A DNA stretch of 13,535 nt. Source: a bacterium (GTDB lineage: Bacteria; SZUA-182; DTGQ01; JAFGSM01). The notes beneath the pieces are model-generated. The model was not told the DNA's origin and did no database searches. It saw nothing but the letters and a program-made list of their open reading frames with translations. Made by a program: the position numbers and the translations under genes. How positions within the stretch are numbered: the stretch's first letter is position 1; every line of letters starts with the position of its first letter. Of the stretch, positions 6,603 through 13,535 are shown piece by piece. The stretch lies in NCBI GenBank assembly GCA_049472315.1, contig JBLIRN010000073.1, positions 1 to 13,535 of the forward strand. The letters run 5' to 3'.

Positions 6603-8729
6603 ATGTCTAAAAAGGTACTATCAATTGTCCTAGTGTTCTTTTTTCTCTGTGTTGCCGTCAATGCCCTTGCATTGACCAGGTCCGAATGGGAATCCCATGA
6701 GGGCGAGGCGATCGTATCCTTTACGGGTGTACCGCTGGTGCACGGCGATCAGGTGGAATTCGACGATGCGGTCATTCCGGAGTTGGATGATCCCAACTGG
6801 GCCATCCTGCCCGGTCCGGAGTATATTAATTATCAGGTGATCCCCTCAAGTCTGTGCGATCTCGATGAAGAATTCCAGTGCATGGTCGCAGGGCAGTTCA
6901 CCTATTTCAAGACCGTGATGGAAATCCCGGACGATATGACCGTCTCTAATTTCCGGATAAGCGCCGAGGTGGTGGTGGACGGCATTCGCATCACCATCTT
7001 TAATTCCCTCTATCCTGATGGTGAGCACGTTGGCTATATAGGGGTGGGCGGCGGATACGTGGATCTTTCTCCGGTACATCTGGTCTCCGGGGAAGTAAAC
7101 ACCATCGTCATCACTCACGTGGATGATTGCTGCTATGTCTCCCTTTTGAACAATGTACAGATCATCATAAACGATGCCGTTGTTTCCACGTGCGAGCCTC
7201 CGTGGGTGGAACCCCATGATACCACCGTGTACCTCGATGAAAATGGACAGGCCAGTATCACGTTTGATTCCGTCGTTTATTCTGGTGATTGGGCTGCAGA
7301 TTGCGGTTTATCGGAAACGATGGTCTTCCCTGATGTGTTTGACTGCGATGACATCGGGTACAATACCGTCATGGTGACCGTGACCGACGTCAAGGGACAG
7401 TCCGCGAGCGGCTGGGCCATCGTGGAGGTACTGGATGTGGATGGGCCGACAAGGGCGGCGGATGACTGTCCTGGGGATATTACCGTCGACAACGACGAGG
7501 GGGTATGCGGCGCCTATGTTAACTGGGATCCGCCCACCTATACCGATAACTGCACCGCAGACGAAGAAATCACCATCGATAACAATTACGATCCGAATAC
7601 CTTCTTCGAGCCGGCGGTGTGCGCAGGGGAACAGGGTGTCCTGGTGACCTACAAGGCGTTTGATGAATTTGGCAATCACGATGAGACTCAGGATTGCAGC
7701 TTCACCGTAACGGTGGTCGACACGGAAGCCCCGGTGGTCACCATTACCGGCGTCGACGGGAACTATGAAGGGCTGAGGCTGGAGAGTGTGTACGGGTTCT
7801 GGGATGCAAACACAATCGCCTTCTGGAATACCGATCCCATCACCATCAGCTTTACCGTCACCGACAACTGCGATACCGATCCCAACGTCACTTACACCGT
7901 GTGGTGGGAAGGCGAGGAGCAGGAGGGCGTTGGAGTGCTCGATACGGGGGCGATGACCCTCACAATCGATCCCTATCTGCTCGTCGGCAACCTGAAGGTC
8001 ACCATCACGGCCCAGGATTATTGCGGGAATATGCCTGAAGATGGCGCAACTACCGAATTCACCATTGTCCTGAGGGTCCCCGGCTGGAAGATGGCAGTCA
8101 AGCCGGAGCGTCTGTGCTTGAATCGCGGCAAGTTCACCGTATTCGTCCGATTCCCTGATCCCTTTGATGTCACGACCATCTCCGATGCAAAATGCGACGG
8201 GGCGCCCTTGCTTCGCATGCAGACGTGCGGGTGGTGTATGGATGACATCTGCGACAAGGGCAAAGGCAAGTGCAAAAAGTACAAGTGTGACGATGACTGC
8301 GACGAGGACTGCGATGACTGCAAATGCCACCAGTGCAGTTTCTGTGCACACTGGAGCATGAAGGCGATCCTGAAATTTAACCGGCAGGACATAGTCGAGT
8401 CCCTGTTTGACCGGCATTTTGTGCTGAGGGGGATCTTCGAGTACAACGGCAAGCAGGTCCTTTTCCAGGGCGAGGACGACACCCGGTGGGAGTGCAAGAA
8501 GCCATGCAAGCCCTGTAAGTCGGTCTTCCCTTCATGGAATAACTGTCCGTGGTCATCGTGCGAGATCAATCCGTTTAAGTTCGACGGAAACCACTACGGC
8601 TGGGACAAAGACGATAAATCCAAGGGAAAAGACAAGGGAAAAGACAAGGGAAAGGACAAAGGAAAGGACAACTGGTGGCTACCGCTGGGTGCCCAATTCT
8701 ATGACCTGCCCTTCTTCTATGGTTTTTGA
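6603..8729 (+). CDS. Secreted multidomain protein, 708 aa: N-terminal beta-rich domain, HYR/Ig-like repeats, C-terminal domain with Cys-rich insert, KGKD repeats
   Basis: ATG 6603 after GGGGGGGAG. Signal peptide MSKKVLSIVLVFFFLCVAVNALA. HYR-like signatures CPGDITV...VNWDPPTYTDNC...VTYKAFDEFGN...CSFTVTVVDTEAP and TVYLDENGQASIT...FDCDDIGYNTVMVTVTD. Confidence 0.85.
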   Translation: MSKKVLSIVLVFFFLCVAVNALALTRSEWESHEGEAIVSFTGVPLVHGDQVEFDDAVIPELDDPNWAILPGPEYINYQVIPSSLCDLDEEFQCMVAGQFTYFKTVMEIPDDMTVSNFRISAEVVVDGIRITIFNSLYPDGEHVGYIGVGGGYVDLSPVHLVSGEVNTIVITHVDDCCYVSLLNNVQIIINDAVVSTCEPPWVEPHDTTVYLDENGQASITFDSVVYSGDWAADCGLSETMVFPDVFDCDDIGYNTVMVTVTDVKGQSASGWAIVEVLDVDGPTRAADDCPGDITVDNDEGVCGAYVNWDPPTYTDNCTADEEITIDNNYDPNTFFEPAVCAGEQGVLVTYKAFDEFGNHDETQDCSFTVTVVDTEAPVVTITGVDGNYEGLRLESVYGFWDANTIAFWNTDPITISFTVTDNCDTDPNVTYTVWWEGEEQEGVGVLDTGAMTLTIDPYLLVGNLKVTITAQDYCGNMPEDGATTEFTIVLRVPGWKMAVKPERLCLNRGKFTVFVRFPDPFDVTTISDAKCDGAPLLRMQTCGWCMDDICDKGKGKCKKYKCDDDCDEDCDDCKCHQCSFCAHWSMKAILKFNRQDIVESLFDRHFVLRGIFEYNGKQVLFQGEDDTRWECKKPCKPCKSVFPSWNNCPWSSCEINPFKFDGNHYGWDKDDKSKGKDKGKDKGKDKGKDNWWLPLGAQFYDLPFFYGF
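8622..8669 (+). repeat. Coding tandem repeat, 4 x 12 bp (KGKD)4
   Basis: AAGGGAAAAGAC twice, then AAGGGAAAGGAC and AAAGGAAAGGAC. Confidence 0.92.
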
Positions 8730-8803
8730 TTAGGGTAGTTGAGACAAGGGACTACGCATTTAGCCCTTGGGCGGAATAGAATAGTGAACGACAGCAGGTA
8801 ATG

Positions 8804-8851
8804 GAATCCCCGGGGAAGTCAGCGAAGACCTCCCCGGGGATTCGTCTTTTT
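8804..8851 (+). terminator. Intrinsic terminator after the HYR gene
   Basis: 17-bp stem with one mismatch, GAATCCCCGGGGAAGTC (8804-8820) / GACCTCCCCGGGGATTC (8827-8843), 6-nt loop, then GTCTTTTT. Confidence 0.85.
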
Positions 8852-8924
8852 GATGGGGAACACCGGTAACGAATGGGTCTGAACAATCCTCTTCAGATGC
8901 CCCTCAGCTTACCACAGGGACGCT

Positions 8925-9596
8925 TTATTTTTTGCCGGGTTCAATCCGTTCCCTTGATTTCTCTATCTCATTGCCAATGGAGTCTATCACGTTTCCAACC
9001 TCGTCGTGAGCCTGTTTCTCATCCTTTGTCAATCGTTCCGCCATGCTGTGTATGTCCCTCATCAGGTCATTAAAGACCGATTCTATCTTGTTTCTGCTCC
9101 ATAAAAGGGCGTGTTTGAGGTGTTTCGCTGCAGCCTTCAGCTCGCGTGCGAGTTTCTTATATGCCTGCTTACCATGGGACTCGGCGGCCTTCAGGTGATA
9201 GTGCCGTGCAAGGGCGTAATGGGCGCGTGCGAAGGTGTCATCAAGTGCCTTGACGGATGTCACGCTATCGCTTTCAAGATCGTCCGCCAGTTTTTCCAAT
9301 TCCTGGGAGGAGGCAATGAGGGGTCCCTTCCCCTCCTTTGTAGCCCAGCCTGATTCCAGCCGCAGAAAAACGGCGCCCTTGCGGATTTCCTTGGCCGCGG
9401 CCTGCATGTCATTTTTGAAGAAAAATTCACGTGCCCTATGGAATCTGCTTTCGGGCTCTTCCTCGATGGCTTCGATGTAGTCTTCAAAATACAGGATCTC
9501 CGAAGAGGTGTCTGGTTTGTCGGTCTCGGCCCGAACCTTGCCACTCATCACGGATGCGATGAGTGCCAGGGCCACACACAATGTCTTATACCGCAT
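8925..9596 (-). CDS. Hypothetical exported all-helical protein, 223 aa
   Basis: SD GAGGAG; signal peptide MRYKTLCVALALIASVMSGKVRA; A/E/K/L-rich amphipathic helices with an internal pseudo-repeat. Confidence 0.8.
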   Translation of the reverse strand: MRYKTLCVALALIASVMSGKVRAETDKPDTSSEILYFEDYIEAIEEEPESRFHRAREFFFKNDMQAAAKEIRKGAVFLRLESGWATKEGKGPLIASSQELEKLADDLESDSVTSVKALDDTFARAHYALARHYHLKAAESHGKQAYKKLARELKAAAKHLKHALLWSRNKIESVFNDLMRDIHSMAERLTKDEKQAHDEVGNVIDSIGNEIEKSRERIEPGKK

Positions 9597-9664
9597 GTCT
9601 TTTGCTCCTCTCTGTGGGGTTGAAAGAAGTCTCTATGGGCGCTCCCGGATTCATCCCTTGGATC

Positions 9665-10186
9665 TTAGGCAAAAGTAGGGTGTCTCTTGCCCGAGATATT
9701 CACATCCAGCGTCAGTTGAACAACATCGTCACGCACCGCAGTCTGCGAGAAACCCATTTTTATCCAAAACGATAACGCGCCCTCATTGTCCCTTCTGGCC
9801 GTTGCCTGTATCCTTTTTACAGCGGAATATTGTTGAAGATTCGCTGTAATGAGTCTGAACGCCCGGGTGCCATAGCCCTTCCTCCTTACCCTTTTTTCAA
9901 ACAAAACCAGGCTGATGTCGGCCGATTCAGCCGGAATCATATGGTACAAGCCAATAAATCCGATGGGAGTCGAATCCAACTCTATACAAAAGGGACACTC
10001 ATAGGTCTTCTTGATCCACCACCACATCGAAAGCCATGAACCATGGAAAGGCATTCCCGCACCGGCGGAGGTCAAGGCGGTTTCATTATTCATTCCGCTT
10101 TTTACACAGGGTCCGTCAAAGATCCTGAATGGCCTCAGCCTCAGATCCCCATCCCTCATATTTCGCGGTACCTTGACCCAGAGCAT
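9665..10186 (-). CDS. GNAT family N-acetyltransferase (RimJ/RimL-like)
   Basis: N-terminal LRLRPF, strand PIGFIGL, acetyl-CoA motif A (RRKGYGT) and motif B (NEGALSFWIKMGF). Confidence 0.85.
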   Translation of the reverse strand: MLWVKVPRNMRDGDLRLRPFRIFDGPCVKSGMNNETALTSAGAGMPFHGSWLSMWWWIKKTYECPFCIELDSTPIGFIGLYHMIPAESADISLVLFEKRVRRKGYGTRAFRLITANLQQYSAVKRIQATARRDNEGALSFWIKMGFSQTAVRDDVVQLTLDVNISGKRHPTFA

Positions 10187-10429
10187 TCATGACACCCCTG
10201 CAGTTTTGCCTTTGAAGTGGTCCCAGTGCCGAATATCCTCCGGCTCATTCGCCTTCCTGGTGGTATCGTTGAAAGAATCCGTTTGTGCAGGCATGAATGA
10301 CCATCGCAGAACGAAAGGTTCTCCCAGCATCATTTCGAACAGAAACACGATAACGTTTGCGCCGATGATCAGGGCCGTGGTGAACGGTATACGCAAAGGC
10401 CTTCGATCGATATCACTCAATGGGATCAT
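10187..10429 (-). pseudogene. Truncated rhomboid-family protease remnant (N-terminus and first TM only, unrelated tail)
   Basis: MIPLSDIDRRPLRIPFTTALIIGANVIVFLFE resembles the MIPLxD...P..T..LI..NV.VF..E start of bacterial rhomboids. The ORF stops at 80 aa without the H..GN or GxSG motifs. Confidence 0.6.
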
Positions 10430-10493
10430 GAAATTTCTCTCTGTTTTGTTAATGCCATGGGGACCCGGAAGGGGAAAATAGAACGTTAGCATT

Positions 10494-10522
10494 ATCTTAG
10501 CCTATGCATTGGGGCGGTTCAA
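10494..10522 (-). promoter_or_regulatory. Putative sigma70 promoter for the rhomboid remnant-GNAT unit
   Basis: The minus strand reads TTGAAC-17 nt-TAAGAT. Confidence 0.45.
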
Positions 10523-10565
10523 GGACGGAAAAAGGCTCGAAGGATAGTAGATTCCTTGGGCCGGA

Positions 10566-10595
10566 TTGACAATATCCGCACCTATTGGATATAGT
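10566..10595 (+). promoter_or_regulatory. Putative sigma70 promoter of the antiporter
   Basis: TTGACA (10566-10571)-18 nt-TATAGT (10590-10595). Confidence 0.6.
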
Positions 10596-10665
10596 TAACT
10601 GAAAAGCACAAACATCCGTCTCCCTTGTATGTCTCATACCCTATGTCTTTTAACGAAGGATAACC

Positions 10666-11889
10666 ATGCCTCCCATTTTCATCGTTGGGGTCATCATCTT
10701 TACGGGATTCATTTTTGGAGAGGTAGCCGAGAGATTCAGGCTCCCCAAGGTAACCGGGTACATCCTTGCCGGCATCGCCTTGAATCCCAATCTGATAAAA
10801 CTGATCCCCCAGGATTTCGTCGAGCATACGACATTCGTGACCAATATCTCCCTTGCCTTTATCACCTTCTCGGTCGGCGGTACCCTGCTGTATGCCCGCA
10901 TCAAACGGATGGGAAAGGGCATCCTTTTCATCACCCTGTTCGAGGCCGAATTCGCCTTCTTCGCCGTGATTATCGGCTTTCTTGCCCTGACCCCCTTTTT
11001 CATCCGGCGCGCCGATGCCACCTGGTTTAACACATTCATTCCATTGAGCCTGTTGATGGGCTGCCTTGGATCACCAACCGATCCCGCTGCCACATTGGCG
11101 GTTGCCCATGAATACAACGCAGAAGGAGATGTCACCTCGACCATCATGGGTGTGGCTGCACTCGACGACGCGACAGGCATCATCAACTACAGTCTCGCCA
11201 TTGCAGTTGCCAATGTTTTTTTGCTTCATCAAGGCTTCAACATGTCTCTCTCCCTGCTGAAAACGCTCATTGTTATTTGCGGATCCATCCTGTTGGGGAT
11301 CGCCTTCGGAATCCTTTTCAATCGCATCACTTCCTTTGTGGAAAAGGAGTCGGAGGGGGTCTACATCGTTTTGATATTCGCACTGTTGGCCCTATGCTTC
11401 GGCATCGCCACGCGCCTCGATCTGGACGAGCTGCTTGCCACCATGACCATGGGTGTAATGGTCGTCAATTTCAACCCGAAAAGGGACACAATATTCAGGG
11501 TCCTCGAGCGCTACACCGAGCAATTGATCTTCATCCTGTTCTTTACGCTGAGCGGGATGCATCTCAATTTTTTGGTATTGATAAACAATTTTCTCCTCAT
11601 CCTGTTTTTTGTCCTTTTCAGGACGATTGGGAAGATTTCGGGAACAATGCTCGGGGCATCGCTTGCAAAATCGCCGAAGGCGGTAAAAAGATATACCGCC
11701 GGCGGTCTGATTCCTCAAGGCGGCATTGTCATTGGACTGGCATTGTTGATCAAACAAAATCCGGCCTTTCAGGGCATCTCCGATATCCTCCTGAGCGTAA
11801 TCGTCGGTGCCACCGTGATCCATGAGGTCATAGGTCCCATCCTCTCCAAGATCATGCTGGAAAAGGCCGGGGAAATCACCAATGGTTAG
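10666..11889 (+). CDS. Cation:proton antiporter (Na_H_Exchanger / CPA superfamily), 407 aa
   Basis: Motifs RLPKVTGYILAGI, SPTDPAAT, GVAALDDA, FFTLSG, RTIGK and GLIPQGGIVIGL; about 12 hydrophobic segments; SD AAGGA. Confidence 0.92.
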   Translation: MPPIFIVGVIIFTGFIFGEVAERFRLPKVTGYILAGIALNPNLIKLIPQDFVEHTTFVTNISLAFITFSVGGTLLYARIKRMGKGILFITLFEAEFAFFAVIIGFLALTPFFIRRADATWFNTFIPLSLLMGCLGSPTDPAATLAVAHEYNAEGDVTSTIMGVAALDDATGIINYSLAIAVANVFLLHQGFNMSLSLLKTLIVICGSILLGIAFGILFNRITSFVEKESEGVYIVLIFALLALCFGIATRLDLDELLATMTMGVMVVNFNPKRDTIFRVLERYTEQLIFILFFTLSGMHLNFLVLINNFLLILFFVLFRTIGKISGTMLGASLAKSPKAVKRYTAGGLIPQGGIVIGLALLIKQNPAFQGISDILLSVIVGATVIHEVIGPILSKIMLEKAGEITNG

Positions 11890-12048
11890 GGGAAATCGGA
11901 TCCCTGAAGACCTTTCTATTAGTGTGCCTGATGCGATCATGGTTGTATTTGTCAGTGGCATCCCTTTCGTCGCCGAGGTCCATTTCCTGTGTCGCTTGTA
12001 AAGATCCTGCCGGACAACAATATATGAATGAAGGGATGATTTTGTATG

Positions 12049-12077
12049 TTGAATCGATTTTCACGAGATCATACTAT
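12049..12077 (+). promoter_or_regulatory. Putative sigma70 promoter of the BON gene
   Basis: TTGAAT (12049-12054)-17 nt-TACTAT (12072-12077). Confidence 0.5.
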
Positions 12078-12126
12078 GTCAACAATGTTATACAATTGAA
12101 ATTTTGTAGGCGAAAGGAGACGACTC

Positions 12127-13374
12127 ATGAACAAAAAATATTCAAAGTCCTTAATAGCCTTTGTTGCCGTCGCGGCAATTCTTGGTTTCATGGTGCTATT
12201 TCAAGGAGTTCATGCAGCCGAGAAGCCGAGCGATGAGGTGGTTACCTCCTGGGTCAGGGAGGCGCTTGGACATGATCCGCACATTGTATCCACCGATATT
12301 GATGTGCGGACATTTAAAGGAATTGTGACCCTCTCTGGTTCGGTGACGAGTCTTGCGGAGAAGAGATATGCGGAGCTCGAGGCCAAAAAGATCCAGGGCG
12401 TGCTCGGTGTGATTAATGAGATCGTTGTCGCCCCGGATGTTCGGTTCGATACGGACATTGCGCATGATATCAGGCACCGAGTGATCAACAATGCCTTTAT
12501 AAAGGCAAAGGGCCTTGATATCAACGTATCGGACGGTCATGTGACCATCTCCGGCACGGTTTCCTCGCGGGCTGAGTCCAAAGAAATAGAGCTGCTGGCA
12601 AGCGAGGTGCGAGGAGCTAAATCGATCATCAATGATCTCCGCATAGAATTCCCTTCACATCGGTCCGATCAGGATATCGAAAAGGACGTGATTTCCTCCA
12701 TGAGTCGGGACGTGTACCTGAATGGTCTATCGATTTCCGTGGGTGTAAAAGACGGCGTTGTCACCCTGAATGGCTCGGTTGACAATGCCTACCAGAAAAA
12801 GATTGCCGGGGATGTGGCCCTTTGGGTCGGAAACGTGAAGGGGATTGAGAACAATCTCGCGGTCAAATGGCAGGACGAGGAAGCGGTCAAGGAAGGGCCT
12901 CCATCGATCTCCGATGATCAACTCACGGAAACCCTTCGTTTGGAGTTCAATGAAGATACCCGTCTGGCCCCTCTCAACATCACGATTGAGGCTTCAGCCG
13001 GGCATATTACGCTTCGCGGTTCCGTACCCTCGTATTTCCAAAAAAGGGTTGCCGGAGAGGATGCACGTGATGTGATCGGCGTTTCCGGAGTGACCAATCT
13101 GCTCACAGTCAAGGCTGCCGGGCGGGATGACGATGCCATTCGCGATGACCTGCAATTTGAATACAAGAGCGATTATGCGTTGAATATCTATGCCATCGAT
13201 GTGAGCGTCAAGGATGGATTCGTAACCCTCTCCGGTATTGTCAATAGCATATATGATAAAAAGCGCGCTGGGATCATTGCCTCCCGTGTTCTCGGGGTCA
13301 AGGATGTTGTAAACAATATTGCTGTCAGCAGTGGGAGTGCGTTTAATTATAAGCACGCCGAGGTTGGATCATAA
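12127..13374 (+). CDS. Periplasmic protein with five BON domains (OsmY-like)
   Basis: SD AAGGAG and a signal peptide ending VHA. Five repeats of about 70 aa, each with D..I...[G.VTLSG.V]....K..A...A..V.GV..V.N.L.V. Confidence 0.93.
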   Translation: MNKKYSKSLIAFVAVAAILGFMVLFQGVHAAEKPSDEVVTSWVREALGHDPHIVSTDIDVRTFKGIVTLSGSVTSLAEKRYAELEAKKIQGVLGVINEIVVAPDVRFDTDIAHDIRHRVINNAFIKAKGLDINVSDGHVTISGTVSSRAESKEIELLASEVRGAKSIINDLRIEFPSHRSDQDIEKDVISSMSRDVYLNGLSISVGVKDGVVTLNGSVDNAYQKKIAGDVALWVGNVKGIENNLAVKWQDEEAVKEGPPSISDDQLTETLRLEFNEDTRLAPLNITIEASAGHITLRGSVPSYFQKRVAGEDARDVIGVSGVTNLLTVKAAGRDDDAIRDDLQFEYKSDYALNIYAIDVSVKDGFVTLSGIVNSIYDKKRAGIIASRVLGVKDVVNNIAVSSGSAFNYKHAEVGS

Positions 13375-13375
13375 A

Positions 13376-13535
13376 ATGGGTAAGAAGGATAGACGGTCAT
13401 TCTGGAAAAGGGCCCCGTTTAACACAGCGGTCTTGCTTCTGTTCGGTGTGATATTCTTTGTTGTCGGATACGGAAAAGAGCAGGAATTCCTGAGGCTCCT
13501 TCGGCGATCCAGACCGGCGTGGCTCCTAGCGGCCG
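13376..13535 (+). CDS. N-terminal fragment of a membrane protein, probably lysylphosphatidylglycerol-synthase-TM / flippase-like (runs off the window)
   Basis: ATG 1 nt after the BON stop, open to the window end: MGKKDRRSFWKRAPFNTAVLLLFGVIFFVVGYGKEQEFLRLLRRSRPAWLLAA. The pattern is a TM helix, an amphipathic helix and a PxWL motif. Confidence 0.55.
   Translation, partial: MGKKDRRSFWKRAPFNTAVLLLFGVIFFVVGYGKEQEFLRLLRRSRPAWLLAA

Noticed and set aside
5429..6661. Short ORFs in the spacer (5429-5668, 5541-5777, 5894-6097, 6356-6661) and the 6495 start
   Set aside because: No convincing SD, atypical composition, and overlap with promoter or structure candidates. Leader peptides cannot be fully excluded without ribosome profiling.
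8226..8352. Heme c attachment sites in the Cys-rich insert
   Set aside because: Only CKCH and CSFCAH occur; there is no canonical CxxCH.
7308..8417. 369-aa antisense ORF and other long shadow ORFs (180-944, 1424-2080, 2061-2927, 10650-11186, 11392-11961)
   Set aside because: They lie opposite well-supported genes, lack motifs and SD sequences, and are expected from codon bias.
4629..8924. Central block as a mobile element or genomic island
   Set aside because: No integrase, transposase, tRNA, terminal inverted repeats or flanking direct repeats were seen.

Overview
Bacterial window of 13.5 kb in three blocks. (1) 1-4111 is a GC-rich classical (o-succinylbenzoate) menaquinone cluster: the 3' end of menB, then menA, menC and menE, plus a convergent hotdog thioesterase that probably acts as the DHNA-CoA hydrolase. 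A small PD-(D/E)XK-like orphan follows it. (2) 4777-8851 is the most unusual part. Two divergently transcribed, signal-peptide-bearing orphans flank a 1.2 kb AT-richer non-coding region, and each has its own strong terminator. One is a Gly/Tyr/Leu low-complexity protein with 42-bp tandem repeats. The other is a 708-aa HYR/Ig-like protein with a metallothionein-like Cys insert and a KGKD/aromatic tail. The spacer holds a good sigma54-type promoter (minus strand) and a good sigma70-type promoter (plus strand). Each implies a leader of about 450 nt, and the last 90-100 nt of the two leaders share collinear motif blocks. (3) 8925-13535 holds an exported helical protein, a GNAT acetyltransferase, a truncated rhomboid remnant, a cation:proton antiporter, a 5x BON protein and the start of a flippase-like membrane protein. 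No tRNA, rRNA, CRISPR array or mobile element was recognised. All family calls come from reading motifs by eye; no database search was run.
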